From Octopus sinensis (taxonomy: Eukaryota), in assembly GCF_006345805.1 (NCBI RefSeq), contig NC_043011.1, forward strand, positions 65,732,464-65,796,463: 64,000 bases of DNA, read 5' to 3'. Positions 14,101 through 26,828 of this stretch are shown in pieces. The translations under genes and the position numbers were made by a program. A model generated the notes under the pieces. That model worked only from the letters and a program-made list of their open reading frames with translations. It did not search any database and was not told the DNA's origin. Positions within the stretch are counted from its first letter, which is position 1. The number at the start of each line of letters is the position of its first letter.

Positions 14101-14478
14101 ATTTTATTTATTTATAGTTGCCTAGACGTTTTTATGTGTATGTATAGGGATATATATATAGGTGTGTGATTTAGTGTATGTAGTTAGATATGGTTATATA
14201 TAATTAGGTATATGTGTATGGGTGTATATATTGTTTATTATTATATTATTATTATTTTTTTGTTTTGTTTTATATTTTATATTTTATATTTTATATTTTA
14301 TATTTTATATTTAATTGTTGATAGGTTTTTTTAGTTTATATATTGTTTATATATTGATTATATATGGATTATATATAGGTTATATATGGATTATATACTT
14401 ATATTTTTTCATTCATACTTTAATTATTTTAAAATTATTATTTTTAATTTTAAAATATTGATTTTTTAGATTGGAAGT

Positions 14479-14521
14479 CCACCTGAAGATTGTCGGTCAA
14501 GACAAGAAACGATTGTAGTGG
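14479..14521 (+). ncRNA. Minimal type I hammerhead ribozyme motif
   Basis: CCAC-CUGAAGA-UUGUC(GGUCAA)GACAA-GAAA-C(GAUU)G-UA-GUGG: stem I 4 bp, full catalytic core, stem II 5 bp, 2-bp stem III, GUA cleavage triplet (cut after 14517). Confidence 0.8.
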
Positions 14522-14606
14522 CGGTTTTTTGACTATTTATTAAATCTTATGTATTGATTAAGTCTTTCCTTGTTTGTTTTGCAAAATAGTGGTTTTGTCT
14601 CTAATA

Positions 14607-14760
<154 letters not shown>

Positions 14761-15234
14761 TACATATCATTAACCAAGGCCGTGGTTGAATATATTCTTA
14801 AGTCAACAATTTCGTCAATTGCAGCTGGTTCCAAGATTCACCACTTATTCATTTCTCAGCAAAAGTGTGAAAATATTTAAAGAGGACACCTCCTTAGCTA
14901 CGTTATAAATTTGGCATATACAGTTTGAGATTTGGTTCCGTACAAAGGCTACATGAAAATATGTGAGTCTTCAAGGTGGGCAGTAATGTAGGTTTTCATT
15001 TTCATTTAACATCAATTTTTCAAATCTAAATAAATGTCTAATTTCCATAGGCTAAAATTATTGAAAAATACAGGAGGAATTGAGAGTCGCTCGACGCTTT
15101 TACCAAAACTTAGTAGAGATAATGTTATGAGGTAAAATGTTATGAAATGTAAAATATGTACGTGATGAAGTCAGTAAAGAGTAACGCTTAACGCAATAAT
15201 TCTATATTATAAAAACGAATGTCTTTAATGCAGA

Positions 15235-15335
15235 ATGGAAGAAATGCTGGCAGAAATGCTACGGCACCGGGCGAAATTCTTTACGGATTTGTACCTGTCT
15301 CTACGTTCTGAGTTCAATTTCCGCGAAGGTCATCT
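15235..15335 (-). mobile_element. SINE 3' fragment (paralogues near 30585, 46235 and 57955)
   Basis: The reverse complement GAACTCAGAACGTAG...TTTCGCCCGG...TTCTGCCAGC matches the SINE-like repeat at 23510-23695. Confidence 0.7.
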
Positions 15336-15522
15336 TTATATTTTGTATATTTTGTTGTTTAAATGAAATATTTGATGTAATTATTTTCAAAATTCTGTTG
15401 AAATAGGGTAAATTAACTTTTATTATAAATTATGTTACACCTTTAATTAACTTGATTTCGGCTTTTTCTTCTTTTTCCTTTTGAATTAATTTACTTTTGT
15501 TGTTGTTAATTATTTATCAGGC

Positions 15523-15796
15523 TTATTCATAAATACTTGAGCAATATGTATCTAAATGAATTGGGGTAGGAATACAATCACATTTCGCTGTGTCTTTATG
15601 GGCCTATCTGAAAGCATGTAGTAAGGCTCTCCACAAGGATATTCTTGTTTTCCCCAAAATATATATATTTATACATATATATATATATGTATATATATTC
15701 TTGAATGTATTGCACTTTAGATCTTACGCCTCCTGATAATGAAATAATATTACTTACAGATATGAGAAGAGCAATAAAGATAGATATACTTAGCAT
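15523..15796 (-). CDS. Candidate secreted peptide, type B copy 1 (MLSISIFIALLIS-AHKDTAKCDCIPTPIHLDTYCSSIYE*, 39 aa)
   Basis: Exon 1 CDS 15796-15758 (ttttacag acceptor upstream, gtaagt donor). Exon 2 15603-15523 is in frame only if the tag acceptor at 15604-15606 is used. Hydrophobic N-terminus; homologous to the type A exons. Confidence 0.35.
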
Positions 15797-15949
15797 GGCT
15801 TTTCCTGTAAAATACTAATTCCGACTATGTATGTTTCACTTCCTCGTTTGTTTGTCTCTCCTCAATTCACTTCCTCCTTATCTTAAATGATGCAATATAA
15901 TGTTACAGGTGTTTTATTCAGAGTGCACGGTCTTTCTAACCGTTTTGTA

Positions 15950-15960
15950 TTTTTATATAT
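15950..15960 (-). promoter_or_regulatory. Possible TATA box for the type B peptide gene (duplicate near 46950)
   Basis: TATATAAAA on the minus strand about 45 nt upstream of a possible gtaaca donor (15906). That donor would close a 102-nt 5'UTR intron ending at the 15805-15807 acceptor. AT-rich DNA makes chance matches common. Confidence 0.2.
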
Positions 15961-17429
15961 ATTGCACAATATTTGACGTTTGTACGGTTTATGTGAGATT
16001 GTACCATATTCAGAATTGATTTGCTGTCGATGTATGGCCATGCTAAATCTAAATGTAATAGCGCTGAGCTAGTATGAATGCTATTTCATAGGTACTTCGT
16101 AAATTCATACTAAACAGAATATTCCATAGCTTCGCTTTTCGCATCTGCATATTAAAACACATTAGTCAAAAATTTATCGAGAGAATAATTGTTAGAAATG
16201 AACGCGAATTTTTTATAAAATATTAATTGTTCTGATCATGATAATGATGATGATGATGACGATGATAATGATGATGGTTGTGATACAGTCGACGGTTGTG
16301 ATACAGACATTCACCGATCATCTATTCAGGAATAGGATTTCAGATTAATCATGTCTGTGTAACACTCTGATGGTCATCCCTTTTCTGTTGTTCTTCGCTT
16401 GAATATCTCAACCAAACTAAATCATGAGTAATATAAATGGTTAGTCTATCCAAGGCCTAGCATCGCTCCTGTCATTGTTTCGTTTTCTATCGTTCGTGTC
16501 GATCACCATGGACTGTATGGTACCTAGCATTATTATTATGATGCTTACGGCATACGAAAACACAGACCTCTCATCGTTATTCTCTTGGAATGCTTGTTGA
16601 TATCTCTGGCTGCTGCAGTGGTAGCTCTTCATTCATTACCAACCAAACAGATGTTAGCATTCATATTTAGTAGAGAGACCGCATGATACTGAGAGTTTCG
16701 GTCAGGTGGCCATTAAATCTGACCAATTAGCGAACGTGAGAGCACAATCAACCAATTAAACCGAGGTTTTTAGAATTCTGAACCAACTCTACTACCACAA
16801 TTGATTCATTAGTTTACAGAATCTTTCTGGATATTCACATTACTCTTTGCCCATAGTTATAGTGGCGCATTTGGGAAATTATGTCGGTACATGACAGCTA
16901 ATTGGTAAACATATGAGTGATTTTTCAAGGGAATTTATAACCTCTTGAAGCTGGTTTAAATGATGGAGAAGTTGAGCCAGTAAGCAGCAAGGTTTCCTAA
17001 TCGACTGGTAAAAATAAAGTAGCGCGAGATACTCAGGAAGGATACCAATCACCTGGGGAATTCCAGCTGTCTCACCTCAGGTGGACTTACATGGTATGTA
17101 AACTTCAGGCATCGACATTCGCTCGTATTGACATTTAGTTTTATTAAATTTAATTCCACGTCTAGAAAGACCATCAGTGTTTTATGAGAGTCCGAAACGA
17201 CATCGTAATTCGAACGTGATTATGCATCCATATATGTATATAGAGACTTTAAAATAAACACATATATGTGCCCGTGTGTGTGTGTATGCGTGTATGAATA
17301 AGTGTTTGTGTGTGTCTGAAATCCTAGTGTATCTGGTAGCAATCAGTTCTAAATGTAGCGACCGGAGGCCACTGAGCAACCCTCATTGGATTCAAGCTCG
17401 TACAAGGCCATTATTTGATAAATGCATTA

Positions 17430-17660
17430 TAGTTGCTGAAAGATAAAGAGGAGAAAAGTAAACCAGATGCCAAAACGGAGTGTCGGAGAGAGTTTCATTC
17501 GGCATTCATTGATTTACGGTACACATTGAGGACAGCATTTAGAAGCTTACAGTTTATGCTCAGAACACTTACACAATTGGATGTACGGTATTCCAGTCTC
17601 ATTTATTTGAAAATTTCAAACCTAGAAAGGGCTGACCTCAGGAAACCTTCCAATAAATTT
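17430..17660 (+). mobile_element. Degenerate LINE reverse-transcriptase fragment (duplicate near 48450-48680)
   Basis: ECRREFHSAFIDL resembles the ...AFIDL.KAFD motif, and a downstream RKG.PQ resembles the G..QG motif; heavily decayed. Confidence 0.5.
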
Positions 17661-20600
17661 GTACCCCCTTTTTCCTCTAAGGATATCAGAATATATTTTT
17701 GTCCCCTTTAACAGCAAGCAATTTCGTGATAGTGTGTTTTTATTTATTGAAGCTATTTTATTTTGATAGTCGTCTGCTGTGTTTGTTTTCTTTTCGCTGA
17801 GGTTAGTGTAGTCGGAAGTGGTGGAGTTCCGGATTTTCCTGTTTTTCATATTGTACGGTGTGCTGTAGTTGAGGCTGTCATAATTGTGTTGCTCCTAAAA
17901 ACTGTTAAAAGTTTTGCCCTGTTATTTTTGTTTTGTTTTGACAAGTGTGTGTGTCGTGCATGCTGCTGCTGTATGCTCGGTAGTTGGGGTTGGAATTGGC
18001 CTTTGCCTTGCTGCTCTTTTCTCAGCTTCCTCTACTTGCTACTTTCCATTTCTACTTTGCATCACTTTCCGTTGAGATCTTTTCGGGCTACGGCCTATTT
18101 CCTCCAACATTTTGATGAGAATACAAACTGTTCCAAGTTTACTAAAAGATACGTTTCTACACTCATTTACATTATTTACATTCGACGGATATTTGTCCTC
18201 AACTTGTTTGTTGTTATCACAACGTTTCGGCTGATATACCTTCCAGCCTGTTGTAAACCGTAGCTATTTGAGTAATTGAGAAAATCTCCACGTTCTGGTG
18301 ACATGTCTTACATCTACCCACATGTCTTCTAGAGCAAGATCCAGCTAGGCCTCAGTTGCTGCTAGGGGTGCGGTTTTTACCGACATGCCCAAAGATAGCC
18401 ATCGTCTTCCTAGTTATAACAAAAATCTAGGATTGCGAGGCAACTTGCATTGTCCTCACCGTTGCATAAATAAATTTCTTCGCTTGTGTTAAGTTTCTTC
18501 GTTGCTAATTAGAGACAGTGTGAGGTAATTCGTTGTTTTCGCCACCAGCGAAATTTGTTCTCTGAAGTGTCTCTCCTACCACTAATATTGCCGTTATTTA
18601 AACCTTTGTGGCCACTGTAGTTTTCCCTGATGACAATGTTTGTGTATGTGCCCATTTATGTGTGTCCGTGTACGTAGGTGTGTGTGTATGATACTGTGTA
18701 TATATGTATGTGTAGATGCGTGAGTGTGTGTGTACAACAGAATTATTTGATTACATCATCTTAAAATTGTCCTACATTATTAAGTTGAAGTATTCAGTTT
18801 GCAGGTGGTGGAATTATAAACCTATTCCTGTATGATACGTTGTGTTAAAAATCTAACGGGGAATATTTGAGTTCTTTAACAAAAGTCATGAAAATGATAC
18901 TCAGATATTAATGTGTATTATACTTCCGGTATAATTGACAAATACTTATGAAACATATTTCGTGAGATTCCGATATCACAACAGAAAATGTGTGACGAAG
19001 TTTTACACATTAAATATAAAAAAATAACTCAGCTTAGATTTTCAAACTTATCTTTACCTAAACTCATTTGGATACCTTTATTTCAATATGTATAAAGTGT
19101 TGTTTCAGCAACTAGTAAATGCTATGGCAAAGAATAATTAATACATTCTGTCTTTGAAATGAAACTCAAACGTTAATATGTGTTAATCCGTACATTTTGA
19201 TAAATATTCAGATATCAAACAATTTTAATGCAAATATGAAAGTATAATTTATTGAAGACATATTTCAGATATTTAGAATATCAAAAGAAATACAACACTA
19301 AAACAGGGAATCTTCATTACGGTATTTATTTTATTTAGTAGTTCTTAAGTAAAATCACCAGAAGTGCAGTACGGATTTTCGATATCGGGGATACCATCTA
19401 TAAAATGAATAGGGAAAAGGTTATGTAGAAATGGGGGGAAAGTATTGTGGTAAGAGTTATGCAAATATTTCCTTAAAATATATTTACATTTATCAAATGC
19501 TTCGGAGCTTGCCTAACAAAACTATGCATTATTTGCCGAAGAAACAAGTGGGTAAGTGAGAGAAAAATGTAGCATCTGGCCAGTTAAAAGAGTTTTAGCT
19601 TGATAGAAGGCAGAGAATGCCGTACCGTAAATCAGTGCGAATTGGGTCCAATCTGTACATCCCTGATGATACCTACGTGTTATATATTGAAACACATCTA
19701 CCGCTGGGCTACCCACTGTAAGATTTTAATCATTGTTATAAATATTGAATCACATGAAATTACGTACCTTAGCATTGTTTCTGGAATTTTTATTTGCCCT
19801 GAAAGAAAATACGAATAGGACGAATGTGAAATTATTACCAATAACATTTTATTTACCTAGAGCAGATTTGTTTGGGGTTATCATAATCCCATTTGCGTTA
19901 GAAGAAATTAATAGGCTCAATGTAACGCACTTCCTGAATTAGATTTGTTTCATCCAATGGTGTGAGAATACATAAAAACTAAAAATAAATTTAGGGTTTA
20001 TACATAAACGACCCTGTTAGCCTTTTTGTAAACTCTACATCATGAAATTCTGCAAGATACAACAATAAGAAACATCTTTCAGAATTTTCTTTAAGATATC
20101 AGAACTGAATATATTTTTGCGATATTAAGTTTATTCAAATCTGAAGCTGTAACATCTGAGCGAAGAAATTTGCTTTGCTGTGCTTTTGTATCTTCTATTT
20201 TGTTTCAGTCTTTAGACTCAGTCTATGACATGTCACCACATCAAGAAACGTTAGTCGAATTTATTTTGCAGTTTATGCTTGGAATTTAATCAAACATTGC
20301 ATCTTGCTGTACACCAAGTTTACGGGCCCTGAAACAAGGACACATGTCCACCGGTAATGGGGACAAAAACACATTCACACATATGTGTGTACACATATTT
20401 ATATACACACACATGCACACACACACACACATATGTATATATGAACATATTCACAAACACACACACTATCACAAACACACACACATATATATCGTGTTGT
20501 AAAAAAAATGCAATCTTCTAATTACGGTAAAAATACGAATACATTTATGCACAGACATGCTAGATGTAAATAGACACCTTTATTTTTCAAAATTTCGGAC

Positions 20601-20699
20601 CTAAGCGTCTTAAAATATTTTCAACGGTGTACAATTTACAATGTGACAGTTCGGTTTTCGTTCCAGGCGCCATTATATTAATCATTACCGAAGAATTAC

Positions 20700-21720
20700 C
20701 ATGTTACGCACAAACATTCAGCAGAACTGTCAGGTTTTCAAGGAGTTCGTATTGTTCGTCATTTTGAGACTGGTCTTAGCCATTAAAAAATTGCCGAAAA
20801 TCTTCAAAATGCTCTTTCGAATGTTAATAGTGTTATAGTGCAAATCAAAAGCCAAAGAGAAGAATCAACTTATTTTCGTCCCGGTCAAATCTAGGCACTC
20901 GGAATGGATGATTCAGTGTTTGAAGACAATTGTGGCAAATGAACCCCTTTCGAAGGCTTCTGACAGTACAAAAAAACCTAGAAGTTACTCCAAGAGAATG
21001 TGTGTTACATATCTGCATAAGCTTAAGTATTATGGACGAATATCTAGAAGAAAACCTCCCCTTTAAACAATTAATATCAAGAAAGAAATGAAATGGGCTA
21101 AGGATATGTCAGAGAAATCCAGTTAATTTTGGGTTAGACTGATTTTCTCAGATGATTCCAGATTTGAATTACTTTCAGACAGTGGACGTGTTTGGGTCTG
21201 GATGTTTTCCAATCAAGAATTCGATTTTAAACGACTCCAACTAACTGTGAAACATGGCGGTAGCTCTGTAATGGTATGTGGAGCTGTCACCAGCAATGGT
21301 CGTTCTGAGATGGTCGAATGTATTGGAACCATAATCACTGAAAAATACATCGAAATATTAAGCAACGACTACTTCCGATTTATTCAAACGATTGCACAAA
21401 GGAAAATGAATTTTTATTAATGAAAGATTCGGCTCCACGTAGCAGAGCGGAAAGGAATCATCAATGGGTGACTGAAAATAGGTTCGGAAAGCTTCCTTGG
21501 CCGAGCCAATCTCCTGACATGAACCCAATTGAAAATCTCTGGAGCATACTAGATAGAGCTATACGAAAACACAAAGGAATCCTAAATCTAAAGATGAATT
21601 GTTTCGATTGCTGCGTGAAAAGTGGATAGAAATTCCACACGAGACAAGCCCAAAGATCATCAGTTCAATGGCCAAAAGAGTTTCTGAATTAAAAACTGCA
21701 AAATGTATGTCAACTAAATA
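20700..21720 (+). mobile_element. Tc1-like transposase relic (second family)
   Basis: [27 protein letters not shown]-like and WPSQSPDMNPIENLW motifs; multiple stops and frameshifts. Confidence 0.92.
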
Positions 21721-21890
21721 CTAAAATATGTCGTCCTATCTATCGACTACATTGCAATTGTTCGCTTTGCGTACAAAAGTAAAGATTCTGAAAATTAAGG
21801 ATGTCGATTTGCTTCCTGCATATATACGTTTAAATATTTGTTGTGCAAGATTTTATTGGCTAAACTGGCAAAATGACCATTCCGAAATAT

Positions 21891-21946
<56 letters not shown>

Positions 21947-22679
21947 TTATATATACATATACATTTTTGTTGGAGAGAGTTCTCTACAGTGCCATGTATA
22001 AGGAGAGCTGATAGACGAATGTTTCATTTTGTTTAAGACAAGTTAAATATTTATGCATAATCGAAGAAATATTTGGAGGAAGAATAAGATGCTTACCTGG
22101 TAGCAACCGCTATGCTTCTTGAAAGCGTCATGGCATTGCCAGCTGATATCTCTAGTTAAACATGCCAACAAGTCTTGGAAACCACTGAAAATTTAAAGCG
22201 AAGCATTCAAATTTCATTTACGATATGATCACTTAAGACGATTCAATTAGTTATCTATAAAATCTAATGAGAACGTAAGCATTCACATCAACACTAATCT
22301 CCATACGTCTCAAGCGGAACTAATGTTACATAGTCGTAGCTATGATCAAACATCTGAAATATGTGAATATCCTATATCGCACAAGTGAATTAATTTACCT
22401 ACTGTGTACAAACAGTAAAGATAAATGCTAAAGCGAAAAGTGTAATAGCTCCTAAAAGAGTTTGATATATAAGGCAAGTAAATGTCAATTATATCTAATA
22501 CGTGTGTTATTAATTTATAACGACCATCAGTTTCGGAATCATTTCCTACACATTATTACTTGCAGACAAGCATATATGGTTTATATTATATTATATTATA
22601 AAATGTTATCATATGTCTGTGTGTGTGTGTAAATGTGCATGTGTGTGCGCACCTGTACGTGTGTTATATCATTATGTGT

Positions 22680-22738
<59 letters not shown>

Positions 22739-22739
<1 letters not shown>

Positions 22740-23020
22740 AAGTAAATAAAGAAAAAGCTGACAAAATAATTTAAGTAATTTAAGTAATTTAGTTACGTGA
22801 AGTTCTTTTTACCGGTTGCGCATTTGTTATGCTTATCAAAAGTTTTATTTTTTAAGAGAGATACAGTTCCCTTCTGATAAATTTTTTTCCTCTTTCCTCA
22901 GAAAGGAAATCTATCTCTCTTGATAAGCATAATAAATGCGCAAACGTTAAAAAGGACTTCACCTAATTAAATTACTTAAATTACTTAAATTTTTTCGTCA
23001 GCATTTTCTTTATATACTTT
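22739..23020. mobile_element. Fold-back MITE (about 280 bp, arms paired almost to the centre) between (TA)n tracts
   Basis: AAAGAAAAAGCTGAC...GCGCATTTGTTATGCTTATCAA is complementary to TTGATAAGCATAATAAATGCGC...GTCAGCATTTTCTTT; inner arms AAGAGAGATA...TCTGA / TCAGA...TATCTCTCTT. Confidence 0.8.
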
Positions 23021-23061
23021 TTTTATATATCACAACTCGTGTTCCACTTCTCCTTTTTTAA

Positions 23062-23127
<66 letters not shown>

Positions 23128-23509
23128 TGACAGGAAATTAAGCGAATAATGAAATTAGGAACATCAAGTATATGCTATTCATTAAATACATCAACTAAAA
23201 TATATGTATACATCTATATATACAACCAGAGAAAAAGCAAGAGTTGAAAGTTTGAGATGATGAAAATGGTACCTGTAAATATAGAGATATTTTATTAAGT
23301 ATTCCAAAGTACAGAGACTAGAAATAACAGCGGAAATTAAAGGAGTTTAAGAAAGATGTAACAAGTCAAACCTCTGTTTCTAGGTTGTTGGGAATGCACA
23401 TTAAGGAGACATGTAATTCCTCTAAATATGGTGCAGTATGAATGCAATTAACATTGCATTGAGTAGAAAAGAAACTTTTCTACTCAAGGCGGAAGACCTG
23501 AAAATTTTG

Positions 23510-23695
23510 GGAAGGGGCCATTCGATTACCTCGACCCCAGTTCAAAACTGCCACTTATCCTAACGGGCCCGAATAGATGAAAGGCAAAGTCTACCTTGGG
23601 GAAACTAGAATTCAGAACGTAGCGACGGGCGGCGAAATACTGCTAAGAAATTCGCCGACGTGCTCACTATTTTGCCAGCTTGCCTCCTGCGTAGA
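23510..23695 (+). mobile_element. SINE 3' part (paralogue 54555-54735)
   Basis: CGATT.CCTCGACC...ATGAAAGGCAAAGTC.ACCT...CAGAACGTAGCGACGG...GCCAGC; I recognise this as a cephalopod-type SINE body, unverified. Confidence 0.7.
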
Positions 23696-24569
23696 ATTTC
23701 AAACAATGAATGATTGCTGTTATCTCAGGGCTTAGCGCGCGATTTTCAAGCTAATCACAGTATTTGTGAGGAGGTTTATCGACGTTGTTGTATTTGGATA
23801 TTTTGATATTCAAAGCGATCTTATTCATTCTGTTAGCATTAATATTATTGCTAGCAAAAGATGCATTATTGGTGTCACTACGCATTTCATACACCAGATC
23901 GACCTATACAATATACCATAGACTGGCCTTTTTTTTTACCCGTATGATGAAACATACATAAGTAGTTCAAACATTATTGAATCACCTTAAAATGTCCATT
24001 TTGCATATTCTCTGTCCTTTAAATATCTAAATGCATTTGATACAGAGAAATGCAGAAAGATAAGTATGTAAGTATGCATGTAAATGTGTACGTATATATG
24101 TAGGTATGTATGTATGTAGGTAGGTAGGTAGTTAGAAAAGCAGGTAGTTAGGTAGGTCAGTAGGTAATTAAATAATTTATGTATAGATAAATATACAGAT
24201 AGATATATATACATATATAAATATACAAACAGTTTGCAAGATTAGACAAACAAATAGGCAGATTGATAGATAAGTCTATCTATAAGTCTATAGATAGACT
24301 TATAGGATTATAAGCATATTGATATATAGGTTGATAGAAATATTGATCGAGAGGCGGCTAAGTAGAAAGATAGATAAATACAGGCAGAGATTGAAAGATC
24401 GTTGGACGTTTAATGGGTGTAGGTAGTTACAGTAATAGATAGAAAGACAGAGACAGATAGGTTGATAAATATATAAATATGTTGACAGATCGATAGTGAT
24501 GTACATATACATATATATATATATATATATGTATGTGTATATATGTGTATACACACACACGCATAAGTT

Positions 24570-24654
<85 letters not shown>

Positions 24655-25167
24655 AGGGAGAGAGAGAGATTGATGAATAAATAGATAAATAGATAAATAG
24701 TTGGATAGGGTATAGATATGTAGTGTAATAGAGAGATTGTTTAGATAGATTTACCGTTATATTTATCATTTTGTAATAAGTTTGTCTATGTATCTTAGAA
24801 ATAATAAATATCATACGCGCAACCTCTTGACCCGTAGCCCTTGGTATATCTTAATTGCTCAGGACATGCATATCTCGCAAAACGATTGCATATTCCCCAA
24901 ATGTCACATTCGGATGCTGCGTCTAGAAAGTGAAAAAGAAATATTTCTTTTTATAGCGTATAGGCCAACATCAAAACTTTTTAGAAACGTATTAGGAAAT
25001 AAAATTTACAAAATGTCATTACTTGTGAAAGGAGTGGCTGTTGGTAAGTACCTTGCTAACTTTCGTCTGAGTCAGACGTGGTTTTTGGAGCTGCTTCAGA
25101 TGTCACGTGTTAACGTGAAATATTGAATTTTGAGACTCGACTAAAGCTAGGAGTTTTGTATTTTTGC

Positions 25168-25251
25168 GGGCGAAGTGAAGTTTTATTGCTTGCATTTAAT
25201 GTTTTTAAGCATTTAATATTTTTCAGCAGATAATAAAACTCCACTTTGCCC
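25168..25251 (+). other. Conserved hairpin H1 (24 of 26 positions paired, counting G-U)
   Basis: GGGCGAAGTGAAGTTTTATTGCTTGC pairs with GCAGATAATAAAACTCCACTTTGCCC. Confidence 0.75.
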
Positions 25252-25646
25252 CAGATATAATTTCTCTGCCTTTTGTCGAGTGTAAAGAGAATTATATTTT
25301 TAAAGCGGCGTAGTCCGTCTGCAAAAAAAAATTTGTTTTTGAAATTATCTATGTGTTATCCACGGTAATTACCAAGGAGTACCAAGGATTATTTTACCAA
25401 GGGGTTTTACCAACTGTGCATTTGGCCTGGAATACAACTTTTTGTCCGAAATAATTGAAAAAAAAAATTAATTCCTTTGCCTGGATTTGAACTCTTTTTC
25501 TCCGTCTATCATTTATATTTAAAAAAAACAGAACTTTTTGTTGAACTGCTATTTCTAATTTTATTTCTTCCCTTCTGTTGCATTTTTTATTCTCCTTTCT
25601 GTGTCTTACTATATTTTTCACATTTTGAACTGTTTTTTCTTACGTT

Positions 25647-26219
25647 ATGGCAAAGAGATTCACTGTGTGGGAATTGACACTTCCCAAAAAATATTTGAAC
25701 GAACTCGAGGAAAGGACCGTGGTGCTGAGGAGATATTCGAAGTCTCTCGACACCATAATGGTTTTTCCGAAAGACACTATTATTAACGAGCTGGCAGACT
25801 ATATGCCAGCCGTTAAACACATTCAACGGGTAGCCAAATACGCAACGATTTGGTTGCTGTTTGACTCCCCCAAAGCAGCTTGCGATTTCGCAAGCAAGCC
25901 CATTGAGGGCGAAGAGATTTTGTTTCTCCCAAGCTACAAGGGAGAAAAATTATTAAGATTATGGGTCTGCGGCCTGCCACCCGGCTTTGAGCCCGAGTGG
26001 GTGGAAGATTCTATCCGACGGGGTCTGAGTGGTGGTAGCGCCAAGATCCTGAACGTGAGAGTGCAGCCATCGGCCGATTGGGAAGGGTCAAAGGCTACTT
26101 TGACTCTGTGGACTCAGTCGGCCAAGAGTCTTGTTTTGCCGGACTTCTTGAAGATGGCCGGGTCCAAGTATCCGGTGATGCTTGAGGGACGCTGCTTCAG
26201 ATGTCACGTGTTAACGTGA
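25647..26219 (+). CDS. Retroelement ORF1-like protein, copy a (190 aa, ends after the first Cys of the zinc knuckle)
   Basis: Open ORF in GC-richer DNA; LWVCGLPP segment; clearly homologous to copy b, whose continuation has a CCHC knuckle. Confidence 0.7.
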   Translation: MAKRFTVWELTLPKKYLNELEERTVVLRRYSKSLDTIMVFPKDTIINELADYMPAVKHIQRVAKYATIWLLFDSPKAACDFASKPIEGEEILFLPSYKGEKLLRLWVCGLPPGFEPEWVEDSIRRGLSGGSAKILNVRVQPSADWEGSKATLTLWTQSAKSLVLPDFLKMAGSKYPVMLEGRCFRCHVLT

Positions 26220-26266
26220 ATTGTTGAACATTTTACGTCAACGGGTGGAACGTTCGAATATTGCCG

Positions 26267-26367
26267 GAAGCCTGGTGAAGCTTATTGCCTGCCGTTAAAA
26301 CTTTTTAGCATTAACAACGTTCTTTAGTGTTAATAATTTTTGCGCGTAATAAGCTTCACCTTGCTTC
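26267..26367 (+). other. Conserved hairpin H2 (23 of 26 paired)
   Basis: GAAGCCTGGTGAAGCTTATTGCCTGC pairs with GCGCGTAATAAGCTTCACCTTGCTTC. Confidence 0.75.
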
Positions 26368-26567
26368 GAATATATTTTTTCTACCTGTTGGCGTATTTAA
26401 AAGTCTCACTTTTTAGAGAGAAATTGTGTTTTTTGAGGAAGGCGTAGCCCCTCCTCAGAAATATTTTTGACTCATTGGAGTACCAATTTTCACACTTGGA
26501 TTACCACATGTGGAATATTGAACTGTTTGGCAACAGCAGGTAGGTTTTTTTTTTTTTAATATTGATA

Positions 26568-26666
26568 GAGGTTCAGCGAGGTTTATTGCCTGCCATTAAT
26601 ACTTTTTGGCGTCAACGTTAATAAGCGTTAATAATTTTTTGCAGGTAATGGACTTCGCTTTGCCTC
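26568..26666 (+). other. Conserved hairpin H3 (24 of 26 paired)
   Basis: GAGGTTCAGCGAGGTTTATTGCCTGC pairs with GCAGGTAATGGACTTCGCTTTGCCTC. Confidence 0.75.
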
Positions 26667-26828
26667 GGATATATTTTTCTGCCTGTTGAACTTCTTCCTC
26701 TAGCTATCCTTCATTTGAACTCCGAACTGTTTTTATTGTAACTCTCGTTTCCATTTTGTTTTTTCTTCACTCTTTCTATTACTTTTGTGTTTTTCCTATT
26801 CGAAATTTATTTACATTTTTTGTTTAAA

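Noticed and set aside
15523-15603. TIMP / netrin-domain assignment for the CDC...YC exon
   Set aside because: Cys1 is Ser in the type A copies and no downstream NTR-domain exons could be assembled; no gene symbol is given.
16900-17000. 63-nt minus-strand exon candidate (SIRKPCCLLAQ...)
   Set aside because: The near-identical duplicate has a 1-nt insertion, and the donor is weak.
18218-18250. Hammerhead-like GGCTG...CAGCC-GAAAC on the minus strand
   Set aside because: The CUGANGA core is missing; at most a relic of a Penelope-derived repeat.
17763-18263. 166-aa Cys/hydrophobic plus-strand ORF
   Set aside because: Split by a stop in the duplicate, and reads as the antisense of an A/C-rich decayed retroelement.
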